Positions 54,940 through 64,000 of a DNA stretch of 64,000 nucleotides are shown here, piece after piece. The notes beneath the pieces were generated by a model. It ran no database searches. It was not told where the DNA came from and saw nothing but the letters and a program-made list of their open reading frames with translations. The translations under genes and the position numbers were made by a program. Source of the DNA: Pseudomonadales bacterium (GTDB lineage Bacteria; Pseudomonadota; Gammaproteobacteria; Pseudomonadales; UBA5862). Location: the NCBI GenBank assembly GCA_024234215.1, contig JACKOQ010000001.1:404293-468292 (forward strand), in the 5' to 3' direction. How positions within the stretch are numbered: position 1 is the stretch's first letter; the number at the start of each line of letters is the position of its first letter.

Positions 54940-56304
54940 ATGCACAGTGTCGCGACCACTGAAAAGATGCAGACCCTGGTGGTGGGGCTGGGCGCGACTG
55001 GCCTGTCGGTGGCCCGTTTTCTGGCGCGCCAGGGCATCCATTTCGCCGTGGCCGACAGCCGCACCATGCCGCCCGGGCTGGAGCAGCTGCGCACTGAACA
55101 GCCGGGCGTGGCCTGCCACCTGGGGCCTTTCGATGGAGCGCTGTTCAGCCGTTTCGAGCAGTTGGTGGTGAGCCCGGGCGTACCGCTCGGCGAGCCGGCG
55201 ATCCGCCAGGCCGCAGCGGCGGGCGCGCGCATCACCGGCGACATCGCGTTGTTCCGGGCGCAGACCGAGGGCGCACTGGTGGCCGTGACCGGCTCCAACG
55301 GCAAGAGCACGGTGACCACGCTGATCGGTGAGATGGCACGGCGTGCCGGCTGTCGGGTGGTGGTGGGCGGCAACCTCGGCACGCCGGCGCTGGAGCTGCT
55401 GGAACAGGGCGCAGCCGAGGTGGTGGTGCTGGAGCTCTCCAGCTTTCAACTGGAGCTGGTCGAGCAGCTGGATGCCGAAGTGGCGCTGCTGCTCAACCTC
55501 AGCGAAGACCACATGGACCGCTACGCTGACCTGGCCAGTTACCGCGCGGCCAAGCGGCGCATCTTCAATGGCGTCCGCCAGGTGGTGACGAACAGTGACG
55601 ACCCCGAGACCAGGATGGACGGGGCGACGGTGCGGCGCTGGTCCTACCGGCTGCGACGGCCGGCCAGTGCGCAGGAGTTCGGCCTGATCGAGCAGGGTGG
55701 CAGGCGCTATCTCGCCCAAGGGGACGAGCCTTGGGTGGCAACCGATGCGCTCAAGCTGCGCGGCCTGCACAACCACGGCAACATGCTCGCCGCGCTGGCG
55801 GCCGGCAGCGCAATCGGCCTGCCGCGCGCTGCGATGGTCGAGGCACTGCTCGAGTTCGGTGGTCTGCCGCACCGCTGCCAATGGATCGACCGCATCGATG
55901 GCGTCGACTATGTCGATGATTCCAAGGCGACCAATGTCGGGGCCACCGTCGCGGCGATACGGGGTCTGGCAGCCGATCTCGCTGGCAAGCTGGTGCTGAT
56001 TCTGGGTGGTGTCGGCAAGGGCGCCGATTTTTCCGGCCTGCGCGAGCCGGTGCGGAATCACGCGCGGGCGGTGGTGCTGATGGGGGTTGATGGTGGCGAA
56101 ATCGCTGCCGCGCTCGATCCGGTCACGCCCAGCGTGCAGGTGCAAGGGATCGATGAGGCCGTCCGGCAGGCGCGTGATCTGGCGCAGACCGGCGATTGCG
56201 TGCTGCTGGCACCCGCCTGTGCCAGTTTCGATCAATTCAGCGGCTTTGCCGAGCGCGGTGCGGCGTTCCAGCGCGCAGTGCGGGAGTTGGCAGCATGTCA
56301 CTGA
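54940..56304 (+). CDS. murD: UDP-N-acetylmuramoylalanine--D-glutamate ligase
   Basis: 454 aa with VVGLGATGLS (Rossmann) and VTGSNGKSTV (P-loop). Confidence 0.95.
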   Translation: MHSVATTEKMQTLVVGLGATGLSVARFLARQGIHFAVADSRTMPPGLEQLRTEQPGVACHLGPFDGALFSRFEQLVVSPGVPLGEPAIRQAAAAGARITGDIALFRAQTEGALVAVTGSNGKSTVTTLIGEMARRAGCRVVVGGNLGTPALELLEQGAAEVVVLELSSFQLELVEQLDAEVALLLNLSEDHMDRYADLASYRAAKRRIFNGVRQVVTNSDDPETRMDGATVRRWSYRLRRPASAQEFGLIEQGGRRYLAQGDEPWVATDALKLRGLHNHGNMLAALAAGSAIGLPRAAMVEALLEFGGLPHRCQWIDRIDGVDYVDDSKATNVGATVAAIRGLAADLAGKLVLILGGVGKGADFSGLREPVRNHARAVVLMGVDGGEIAAALDPVTPSVQVQGIDEAVRQARDLAQTGDCVLLAPACASFDQFSGFAERGAAFQRAVRELAACH

Positions 56305-57482
56305 GTCCACCGGCCATGACCACCCTGTGGGGCAACCTGCTCAAGCGGCCGGTGGCGGCTGATCGGGTCGACCTGCTGCTGGCGCTGCCGATGCTGGCGC
56401 TGGCACTGTTCGGCTGGGTCATGGTCACGTCGGCTTCGGTCGACATCGATGCCACCAACCTGGGGGATGCCTGGTATCACAGCAAGCGGCATGGTCTGTG
56501 GCTGCTGATCGGCACCGGTGTGCTGCTGTTGACCCGACGGGTGCCGTTGGCCTGGTGGGAGCGGCATGGCGCGCGCCTGTTGCTGGTCGCCATCGTGCTG
56601 CTGGTGCTGGTGTTGGTGCCGGGCATTGGCCGCAAGGTCAATGGCAGCGCGCGCTGGCTCGGTTTCGGCAGTGTCAGCGTGCAGACCTCGGAGATCGCCA
56701 AGGCGTTCATCCTGATCTATCTGTCCGGCTACCTGGTGCGTCACCGGGTCGAGGTGCAGCAGCGCTGGACCGGCTTTTTCAACCCGATGCTGATTCTGGG
56801 GCTGGTGATCGCCCTGCTGATTCTCGAACCCGACTATGGCGCGGTGGTGGTGCTGATGTCGACGGTGCTGGGTCTGTTCTTTCTTGCCGGCATGGCGGTG
56901 TTGCGCTTCTCGACGCTGATCCTCGGCAGCATTGCCCTGGGCAGCCTGCTGCTGGTGGCGCAACCCTACCGTCTGGAGCGGATCAAGGCCTACATCGATC
57001 CCTGGGCCGACCAGTATGGCAGTGGCTATCAGTTGGTGCAGGCGCTGATTGCCTTCGGACGAGGAGAGTGGTTCGGACTGGGTCTTGGCAACAGTGTGCA
57101 GAAGGTCTTCTATCTGCCTGAGGCGCACACCGATTTCGTCTTTGCGGTGATCGCCGAGGAGCTGGGACTGCTGGGTTGTCTGGCGCTGGTTGCGCTCTTC
57201 GTCATGCTGATCTGGCGCGGGCTGGTGATTGCCCGCAACGCCGAGTGCGAAGGGCGGCTGTTCGGCGGTTATCTGGCCTACGGCATCACGCTGATGCTGG
57301 CGATCCAGGTACTGATCAACCTCGGCGTCAACACTGGCCTGCTGCCGACCAAGGGGCTCACGCTGCCGTTGATCAGCTATGGCGGCAGCAGCATCGTGGT
57401 GACCGGCTTCATGCTGGCGCTGCTGCTGCGGGTGGAGGCCGAAAGCGGCCTGCCCATCCGGAGCGAGGAGGAGAGCCCATGA
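56295..57482 (+). CDS. ftsW: peptidoglycan glycosyltransferase / lipid II flippase FtsW (SEDS family)
   Basis: It starts at the internal ATG (MSLSPPAM...). It carries SEDS motifs QTSEIAK, PEAHTDFVFAVIAEELG and LPLISYGGSS. Confidence 0.93.
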   Translation: MSLSPPAMTTLWGNLLKRPVAADRVDLLLALPMLALALFGWVMVTSASVDIDATNLGDAWYHSKRHGLWLLIGTGVLLLTRRVPLAWWERHGARLLLVAIVLLVLVLVPGIGRKVNGSARWLGFGSVSVQTSEIAKAFILIYLSGYLVRHRVEVQQRWTGFFNPMLILGLVIALLILEPDYGAVVVLMSTVLGLFFLAGMAVLRFSTLILGSIALGSLLLVAQPYRLERIKAYIDPWADQYGSGYQLVQALIAFGRGEWFGLGLGNSVQKVFYLPEAHTDFVFAVIAEELGLLGCLALVALFVMLIWRGLVIARNAECEGRLFGGYLAYGITLMLAIQVLINLGVNTGLLPTKGLTLPLISYGGSSIVVTGFMLALLLRVEAESGLPIRSEEESP

Positions 57483-58582
57483 GCCAGCGCAGCCTCACGG
57501 TACTGATCATGGCCGGTGGCACCGGAGGGCATGTCTTTCCGGCGCTGGCGGTGGCCGATGTATTGCAAAGCCGGGGCGCCAGGATCGAGTGGCTCGGCAG
57601 CCGCCACGGCATCGAGCAGCGGCTGGTGCCGGCGGCCGGTTTTTCGCTCAACTGCCTCGATGTCGGCGGTCTGCGTGGTGCTGGAGTGCGGCGCTGGCTC
57701 GGCGCGCCGCTGCAACTGGTGCGGGCAGTGTGGCAGGCCGTGCGCTGCATCCGCCGCATCGCTCCCGACTGTGTGCTCGGCATGGGCGGTTTTGCGGCCG
57801 GCCCTGGGGGTCTGGCGGCCTGGCTGCTGCGCCGTCCGCTGCTGATCCATGAGCAGAATGCGGTGGCTGGAGTGACCAATCGGCTGCTGCGGCCGCTGGC
57901 GCGGCGCACCTTCGAAGGTTTTCCTGCCACCTTCGGCGGCGCCGGGGTGGAGCATGTCGGCAATCCGGTGCGGGCAGAGATCTGTGCATTGGAATCGCCA
58001 CGACAGCGGTTCGAGCGGCGCCGTGCCGATGGCGAACCGCTGCATCTGCTGATTCTGGGAGGCAGCCTGGGGGCGGCCGCGCTCAACGAGCTGCTGCCGC
58101 AGGCGCTGGCGCTGCTGCCGGCCGAGCTGCGCCCGCGGGTCTGGCATCAGGCCGGGGCCGGCAAGGATGAGGCCTGTCGGGCGGGCTATCGACAGGCCGG
58201 TGTCGAGGCGCGGGTCGAGCCCTTCATCGACGCAATGGCCACAGCCTACGGCTGGGCCGATCTGGTGCTCTGCCGGGCCGGAGCACTGACCCTGGCCGAG
58301 CTCTGCTGCGCCGGTGTCGGTGGGCTGCTGGTGCCCTATCCCTTTGCGGTGGATGACCATCAGAGTGTCAATGGTCGGGTGGTTGAGCAGGTCGGTGGCG
58401 CACAACTGCTGCCGCAGGCCACGCTGGATGCCTCGACGCTGGCAGCCCGGCTCGAGCCGTTCGTGCGCGAACCGGCCCGTGCGCTGGCGCTGGGCGTGCG
58501 AATCCAGACCCTGGCCCGGCCCCAGGCGGCCGAGCGCATGGCCGATTGCTGTCAGGAGGTGGCCCATGGTCAAGCTGCCTGA
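57479..58582 (+). CDS. murG: undecaprenyldiphospho-muramoylpentapeptide beta-N-acetylglucosaminyltransferase
   Basis: It starts at the ATG overlapping the ftsW stop. It has [16 protein letters not shown] and the HEQN motif. Confidence 0.95.
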   Translation: MSQRSLTVLIMAGGTGGHVFPALAVADVLQSRGARIEWLGSRHGIEQRLVPAAGFSLNCLDVGGLRGAGVRRWLGAPLQLVRAVWQAVRCIRRIAPDCVLGMGGFAAGPGGLAAWLLRRPLLIHEQNAVAGVTNRLLRPLARRTFEGFPATFGGAGVEHVGNPVRAEICALESPRQRFERRRADGEPLHLLILGGSLGAAALNELLPQALALLPAELRPRVWHQAGAGKDEACRAGYRQAGVEARVEPFIDAMATAYGWADLVLCRAGALTLAELCCAGVGGLLVPYPFAVDDHQSVNGRVVEQVGGAQLLPQATLDASTLAARLEPFVREPARALALGVRIQTLARPQAAERMADCCQEVAHGQAA

Positions 58583-60020
58583 ACCGGTCAACCGGGTCGC
58601 CATCGACATTCCGGAGATGCGCCGCATCCGCCAGATCCACTTCATCGGCATCGGTGGTGTGGGCATGTGCGGCATCGCCGAAGTGCTGCTGAATCAGGGC
58701 TATCGCATCTCCGGTTCGGATCTGTCGGCCGGCGAGAACACCCGCCGGCTCGAACGGCTCGGTGCCACCATTGGGTTCGGCCACGAGGCGGGTCGGATCA
58801 GCGGTGCCGATGTGGTGGTCTACTCCAGCGCCGTGACCTCGGACAATCCCGAACTGCTGGCGGCGCGGGCCCAGCGGTTGCCGGTGGTGTCGCGTGCCGA
58901 GATGCTGGCCGAGCTGATGCGGTTCCGGCATGGCATCGCCGTCGCTGGCACCCATGGCAAGACCACCACCACCAGCCTGATCGCCAGCGTGCTGGCCAAG
59001 GCCGGTCTCGATCCCACCTATGTGATCGGTGGGCGCCTCAACAGCGCCGGCAGCAATGCCCGGCTGGGTGCCAGCCGCTACCTGGTCGCCGAGGCGGACG
59101 AAAGTGACGCCTCGTTCCTGCACCTGCAACCGCTGGTCGCCGTGGTGACCAACATCGATCTCGACCACATGGAGACCTACGGCGGCGACGTCAACCGGCT
59201 GGAGCGCACCTACCTCGAATTCCTGCACAACCTGCCGTTCTACGGCCTGGCGGTGGTCTGTCTGGATGAACCACGGCTGCGCGCACTGATTCCGCAGATC
59301 GGCCGGCCGGTGCTCACCTATGGCTTCAGCGAAGAGGCCGACTTCCATGCGTATGACGTCGTCCAGCAGCGCAACACCGTGCGCTTCAACGTGCGCTGGC
59401 CGGGTGGTTCCGGCCTGCCGATCGAGCTGAAGATGCCGGGCCGGCACAACGTGCTCAATGCGCTGGCCACCATGGCGGTGGCGGTCGACGAGGGTGTCGA
59501 TGTCGAACAGATCCAGCAGGGGCTGGGTGAGTTCGCCGGCGTGGGGCGGCGCTTTCAGTTGCGTGGTGAGTTTGCGCTCGACAGCGGCGGCGAGGTGATG
59601 GTGATCGACGACTATGGCCACCATCCGCGCGAGCTGGCCGTCACCATCGATGCGATCCGGGCCGGCTGGCCGGAGCGGCGGCTGGTGATGCTGTTCCAGC
59701 CGCACCGCTACAGCCGCACCCGTGACCTCTACGAAGATTTCGTGCAGGTGCTGTCGCGGCCCGATCTGTTGCTGCTGCTCGAGGTCTATGCGGCGGGCGA
59801 ACCGGCGATTCCCGGCATCGACGGCCGGGCGCTCTGTCGCAGCATCCGCCAGAGAGGCCCGGTCGAGCCGCTCTTCGTCGAGGATCAGGCCACTGTACCG
59901 GAGCTGTTGCGGCAACTGCTCAAGGGTGGCGACATCCTGCTGGTGCAGGGAGCGGGCAATGTCGGTGCCCTGGCCAACCGCATCGCGGCCAGCAGACTGA
60001 ACTGGGCGGAGTATCGATGA
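58566..60020 (+). CDS. murC: UDP-N-acetylmuramate--L-alanine ligase
   Basis: It starts at the internal ATG (MVKLPEPV...). It has [18 protein letters not shown] and the P-loop [10 protein letters not shown]. Confidence 0.95.
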   Translation: MVKLPEPVNRVAIDIPEMRRIRQIHFIGIGGVGMCGIAEVLLNQGYRISGSDLSAGENTRRLERLGATIGFGHEAGRISGADVVVYSSAVTSDNPELLAARAQRLPVVSRAEMLAELMRFRHGIAVAGTHGKTTTTSLIASVLAKAGLDPTYVIGGRLNSAGSNARLGASRYLVAEADESDASFLHLQPLVAVVTNIDLDHMETYGGDVNRLERTYLEFLHNLPFYGLAVVCLDEPRLRALIPQIGRPVLTYGFSEEADFHAYDVVQQRNTVRFNVRWPGGSGLPIELKMPGRHNVLNALATMAVAVDEGVDVEQIQQGLGEFAGVGRRFQLRGEFALDSGGEVMVIDDYGHHPRELAVTIDAIRAGWPERRLVMLFQPHRYSRTRDLYEDFVQVLSRPDLLLLLEVYAAGEPAIPGIDGRALCRSIRQRGPVEPLFVEDQATVPELLRQLLKGGDILLVQGAGNVGALANRIAASRLNWAEYR

Positions 60021-60955
60021 GCACGGCTTCGGTTTCACTGCGTGAGCGGTTCGGCAAGGTGCTGCTGCTCCATGGCGGCCGCTCGGCCGAGCGCGAGATC
60101 TCCCTGCGCAGCGGTGCGGCGGTACTCAATGCGCTGCGGGCACAGGGGATCGAGGTCGAGGTGGTCGATGCCGATGAGCGACTGGTCGAGCGCTTGGTCG
60201 ACAGCCGCTTTGACCGCGCCTTCATCGCCCTGCATGGTCGCGGAGGCGAGGATGGCTCGCTGCAGGCGCTGCTCGATCTGCTCGATCGTCCCTATACCGG
60301 CAGCGGGGCGCTGGCCTCGGCACTGGCGATGGACAAACAGATGAGCAAGCAGATGTGGCGGGGGCTGGGTCTGCCGACGCCGCCTTTCATGCAGGTCACG
60401 GCGCAGACGCCGTGGGAAGAGGTGCTGGACCGGGTCGGTCCGGTGGTGGCGATCAAGCCCAACCATGAGGGGTCGAGCATTGGCATCAGCCGGGTCGGCT
60501 CCGCGGCGGAGTATGCGCAGGCATTGACGCTGGCACTGCGTTACGACCAGCAGGTGCTGGCCGAGCGCTGGATCGAGGGCGCCGAATACACCGTGTCGAT
60601 TCTGCATGGAGAGGCGCTGCCGGTGATCCGGGTCGAGACCTCGCACACCTTCTATGACTTTGTCGCCAAGTATCAGGCCAACGACACCCGCTATCTCTGC
60701 CCCTGCGGGCTCGCGCCGGCCGATGAGCAGAAGGTGCAGTCGCTGGCGCTGGCGGCCTTTGCCGCCCTCGGTTGCCGGGGTTGGGGGCGGATCGACCTGC
60801 TGGCCGATGCGGCGGACAACTTCTGGCTGCTGGAGGCCAACACGGTCCCCGGCCTGACCGACCACAGCCTGGTGCCGATGGCGGCCAAGGCGGCCGGGCT
60901 CTCATTCGAGGCACTGGTGATCGACATTCTGGCCACCTCCGAGAGGGAGCGGTGA
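60017..60955 (+). CDS. ddl: D-alanine--D-alanine ligase
   Basis: 312 aa with [27 protein letters not shown] and an ATP-grasp core. Confidence 0.95.
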   Translation: MSTASVSLRERFGKVLLLHGGRSAEREISLRSGAAVLNALRAQGIEVEVVDADERLVERLVDSRFDRAFIALHGRGGEDGSLQALLDLLDRPYTGSGALASALAMDKQMSKQMWRGLGLPTPPFMQVTAQTPWEEVLDRVGPVVAIKPNHEGSSIGISRVGSAAEYAQALTLALRYDQQVLAERWIEGAEYTVSILHGEALPVIRVETSHTFYDFVAKYQANDTRYLCPCGLAPADEQKVQSLALAAFAALGCRGWGRIDLLADAADNFWLLEANTVPGLTDHSLVPMAAKAAGLSFEALVIDILATSERER

Positions 60956-62025
60956 TGATGCAGAGCGTGCTTGGACGTCATGCGCAGCCGCTGAAGAAGG
61001 CGCCCGCCAAATCGGGGCGGCCGTCGATGGCCACACTGCAGCGGCGCGAAGTGCCACGCAAACCGGCGCGGTCTGCCAGGCGCGATCAGGGCATGGCGCG
61101 CGCAGTCACACCGGCGCGCCGCACGGCAGCGGCTCCGACGGCGGCGCGCAGCCGGCCGGTCCCGAGCGCGACTGGCAGAATGTCGGCGGCGACCGGCAGA
61201 ATCGAACCGCGTCCGTTGTCGGGGCGCAAGGTCAATCAGCGCATCCGGCCCAAGGTGGCGCAGCCACCACTGCATGTGCGGATGCAGGCAGTGGTGCTGC
61301 AGGGCTGGCAGCAACTGGTCGACGTCGGCCGGGCCCTGGTCTGGCTGCTGCTGCGGCTGGGCCTGGTTGCCGCGGTGGTCGGCATCGTCTGGGGAGCACC
61401 CAGGGCGATCGAGCGGCTCAATCCGCTGATCGAGCAGGTGGCGGTGCATGGCACGCTGAACCGGCTGGAGCAGCAGCATCTGCAGCGCCAACTCGAGCAG
61501 GTGGCGCGGGGACGCTTTTTCACGGTCGACCTCGAAGCGGTGCGGGCGCCGTTGCTGGGGTTGCCCTGGATCCGTGCAGTCGAGGTGAAGCGGATCTGGC
61601 CGGCGGCGATCGCGGTGACGGTGGTCGAGCAGCAGCCGGTGGCGCGCTGGGGCGAGCGCGGACTGCTCAACGATGCCGGCGAACCCTTCTACCCGCCATC
61701 GATCGAGGGTTACGAGCATCTGCCGAAGCTGGCCGGACCCACCCATCTCGGCAAGGAGATTCTGGCCCGCTATCAGCAGATCAGGCAGCAACTGGAGCGG
61801 GTCGGAGTGCCGTGCAGCGGACTGGGATATGACCCGGCCGCTGGCTGGTGGCTGCAGCTCGACGGCGAGGTCAAGGTGCAGCTGGGCAGTCGTGACCTCG
61901 AGCAGCGGATCGACCATCTGGCCAGCCTGCTGCGCCACAGCCTCAAGCCGGCGCTGTCACGGGTGGCCGCGATCGACATGAGATACCCAAGTGCTGCCGC
62001 GGTCAGATGGCGGGAGCAGAACTGA
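60955..62025 (+). CDS. ftsQ: cell division protein FtsQ (with a long basic N-terminal region if the first ATG is used)
   Basis: The ATG overlaps the ddl stop (GTGATGATG). A TM helix (ALVWLLLRLGLVAAVVGIVWG) is followed by a POTRA region (FFTVDLEAVRAPLLGLPWIRAVEVKRIWP). The true start is uncertain, with internal Met codons at residues 25, 47, 76 and 110. Confidence 0.85.
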   Translation: MMQSVLGRHAQPLKKAPAKSGRPSMATLQRREVPRKPARSARRDQGMARAVTPARRTAAAPTAARSRPVPSATGRMSAATGRIEPRPLSGRKVNQRIRPKVAQPPLHVRMQAVVLQGWQQLVDVGRALVWLLLRLGLVAAVVGIVWGAPRAIERLNPLIEQVAVHGTLNRLEQQHLQRQLEQVARGRFFTVDLEAVRAPLLGLPWIRAVEVKRIWPAAIAVTVVEQQPVARWGERGLLNDAGEPFYPPSIEGYEHLPKLAGPTHLGKEILARYQQIRQQLERVGVPCSGLGYDPAAGWWLQLDGEVKVQLGSRDLEQRIDHLASLLRHSLKPALSRVAAIDMRYPSAAAVRWREQN

Positions 62026-62070
62026 TGACAATGAAAATTGGCCTCGATCGGAGGCGGATGCCTGGAGTTC

Positions 62071-63306
62071 ATGGTGGCGAATAGTACGAACATGATAGTG
62101 GCGCTCGACATTGGCACCTCCAAGGTGGTGGCGATGGTGGGCGAGCGCAGCGACAACGGCGTGATCGAGGTCATCGGCATCGGCACCCAGCGCTCGCGCG
62201 GCCTGAAAAAAGGGGTGGTGGTCAACATCGAGTCGACCGTGCAGTCGATTCAGCGCGCCATCGAAGAGGCCGAGCTGATGGCGGGTTGCCAGATCCATTC
62301 GGTCTATGTCGGCATTGCCGGCAGCCACATCCGCAGTCTCAACTCCAATGGCATCGTCGCCATCCGTGAGCGGGCGGTGAACCAGAGCGATGTCGACCGT
62401 GTGCTCGATGCCGCCCAGGCGGTGCCGGTGCCCGCCGACCAGAAGGTGCTGCACATCCTGCCGCAGGAGTACCGGATCGACGATCAGGAGGGGATCAAGG
62501 AGCCGCTCGGCATGTCCGGCGTGCGGATGGAGGCCAAGGTTCACGTGGTCACCTGCGCGGTCAACTCGGCGCAGAACATCGAAAAGTGCGTGCGCCGTTG
62601 CAACCTCGAAATCGAGGAGATGATCCTGGAGCAGCTCGCTTCCAGCTACGCCGTGCTGACCGACGACGAGCGCGATCTCGGTGTCTGTCTGGTCGACATC
62701 GGTGGCGGCACCACCGACATCGCCATTTTCCATGATGGCGCGATTCGCCACACCGGCGTCATCCCGATCGCCGGAGATCAGGTCACCAACGACATTGCGG
62801 TGGCACTGCGCACGCCGGTCGCCAGCGCCGAGGAGATCAAGATCAAGTATGCCTGTGCCCACACCCAGCTGGCGCGTGCCGATGAGATCATCCGGGTGCC
62901 GAGTGTCGGTGACCGGCCGGCGCGGGAGCTCTCGCGGCAGGCGCTGGCCGAGGTGGTGGAGCCACGTTACGACGAACTCTTCACGCTGGTGCGGGCCGAA
63001 CTGCAACGCAGCGGCTACGAAAGCATGATGACGGCCGGCATCGTGCTGACTGGTGGCACGGCGAAGATGGAGGGGGCGGTCGAGCTGGCCGAAGAGATTT
63101 TCCACATGCCGGTGCGGCTCGGTGTACCGCAGAATGTCCATGGCTTGGCCGACATCATCGCCAATCCGGTCTATGCCACGGCTGTCGGGCTGCTGCAGCA
63201 CGGCTTCAGGCAGCATGAGCAGCGGCCCGCCGGCGGTGGCAGTCGCGGACCGGCGGTGGGCAATCTGCTCAGTCGGCTGAAGCAGTGGTTCCAGCACAAT
63301 TTGTAG
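62071..63306 (+). CDS. ftsA: cell division protein FtsA
   Basis: The ATG at 62071 (MVANSTNMIVALDIGTSKVVAMVGE) is preceded by GGAG. It has an actin-like ATPase fold with VDIGGGTTDIA. Confidence 0.95.
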   Translation: MVANSTNMIVALDIGTSKVVAMVGERSDNGVIEVIGIGTQRSRGLKKGVVVNIESTVQSIQRAIEEAELMAGCQIHSVYVGIAGSHIRSLNSNGIVAIRERAVNQSDVDRVLDAAQAVPVPADQKVLHILPQEYRIDDQEGIKEPLGMSGVRMEAKVHVVTCAVNSAQNIEKCVRRCNLEIEEMILEQLASSYAVLTDDERDLGVCLVDIGGGTTDIAIFHDGAIRHTGVIPIAGDQVTNDIAVALRTPVASAEEIKIKYACAHTQLARADEIIRVPSVGDRPARELSRQALAEVVEPRYDELFTLVRAELQRSGYESMMTAGIVLTGGTAKMEGAVELAEEIFHMPVRLGVPQNVHGLADIIANPVYATAVGLLQHGFRQHEQRPAGGGSRGPAVGNLLSRLKQWFQHNL

Positions 63307-63381
63307 TCCGGGCGGCCAGCCGAGGCTGGCCGGAACAGAGAAGGTTTTTCAGGAAACGATCACCAAAACAGGAGCGCGACC

Positions 63382-64000
63382 ATGTTTGAACTCGTAGACA
63401 ATGTGACCCAGAGCCCGATCATCAAGGTGGTGGGTGTCGGTGGTGGTGGCGGCAACGCCGTCAACCACATGCTCAGCAACGACGTCGAGGGGGTGGAGTT
63501 CATCTGCGCCAACACCGATGCCCAGGCGCTCAAGGGGTTGCAGGCCAGAACCCTGCTGCAACTGGGCAGCGGCATCACCAAGGGGTTGGGCGCGGGTGCC
63601 TCGCCCGATGTCGGCCGACAGGCGGCAATCGAGGACCGTGAGCGCATCGCCGAGGTGCTGGGTGGTGCCGACATGGTGTTCATCACCGCCGGCATGGGCG
63701 GCGGCACCGGCACCGGCGGCGCGCCGGTGGTGGCGCAGATTGCCCGTGACCTCGGCATTCTGACCGTGGCGGTGGTGACCAAGCCGTTCACGTTCGAGGG
63801 CCGCAAGCGGATGCAGGTCGCCGAGCGCGGCATCGAGGAGCTGGCCGAGCATGTCGATTCGCTGATCACCATCCCCAACGAAAAGCTGCAACTGGTGTTG
63901 GGGCGCGACGTTTCGCTTGCCGATGCCTTCAATGCCGCCAACGACGTGCTGCTGGGCGCGGTGCAGGGCATCGCCGACCTGATCATGCGTCCGGGCCAGA
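63382..64000 (+). CDS. ftsZ: cell division GTPase FtsZ, 3'-truncated by the window edge
   Basis: My own translation from the ATG after AGGAG gives [31 protein letters not shown]...[15 protein letters not shown] (the tubulin signature). It is absent from the ORF track because no stop codon lies in the window. Confidence 0.96.
   Translation, partial: MFELVDNVTQSPIIKVVGVGGGGGNAVNHMLSNDVEGVEFICANTDAQALKGLQARTLLQLGSGITKGLGAGASPDVGRQAAIEDRERIAEVLGGADMVFITAGMGGGTGTGGAPVVAQIARDLGILTVAVVTKPFTFEGRKRMQVAERGIEELAEHVDSLITIPNEKLQLVLGRDVSLADAFNAANDVLLGAVQGIADLIMRPGQ

Overview
This is a high-GC chromosomal window, about 62-70% GC in the lines I counted by hand. It looks like a gammaproteobacterial core genome, judged from the E. 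coli/Pseudomonas-like gene order and the rRNA and tRNA sequences. Almost all of it is recognisable housekeeping. In order it contains: ribBA(partial)-ribH-nusB-thiL-pgpA; zapE; a hydrolase and an MFS transporter; cca, a pteridine-reductase-like SDR, and folK-folB-tsaD; the macromolecular-synthesis operon rpsU-yqeY-dnaG-rpoD followed by tRNA-Ile2(CAU); sodC and rsd; an overlapping gshA-acpH-dsbB-lrgA-lrgB string; pckA, hslR, yrfG and cysQ; fba-pgk-tkt; one complete rRNA operon (16S, tRNA-Ile, tRNA-Ala, 23S, 5S) plus a distal tRNA-Thr; two P-type ATPases flanking a methyltransferase; xseB-ispA-dxs; ribA; a retropepsin-like protease; a beta-carbonic anhydrase; RNase P RNA; and a complete dcw cluster from mraZ to ftsZ, which is truncated at the window end. 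I found no recognisable defence system, CRISPR array, integrase, transposase or prophage. Only two places look accessory. (1) A roughly 0.7 kb low-GC single-ORF insertion lies next to tRNA-Ile2, bracketed by 22-nt imperfect inverted repeats and carrying a 23-nt tandem repeat. (2) An approximately 80%-GC pair of P-type ATPase genes sits directly after the rRNA operon and tRNA-Thr, and the MgtA-like gene has a possible leader-peptide/alternative-hairpin region. Everything here comes from reading the sequence and ORF translations, with no database search. CDS coordinates follow the supplied ORF track, with starts re-chosen where noted. RNA and motif coordinates were counted by hand and may be off by a few nt. 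The many long antisense ORFs are treated as high-GC artefacts.
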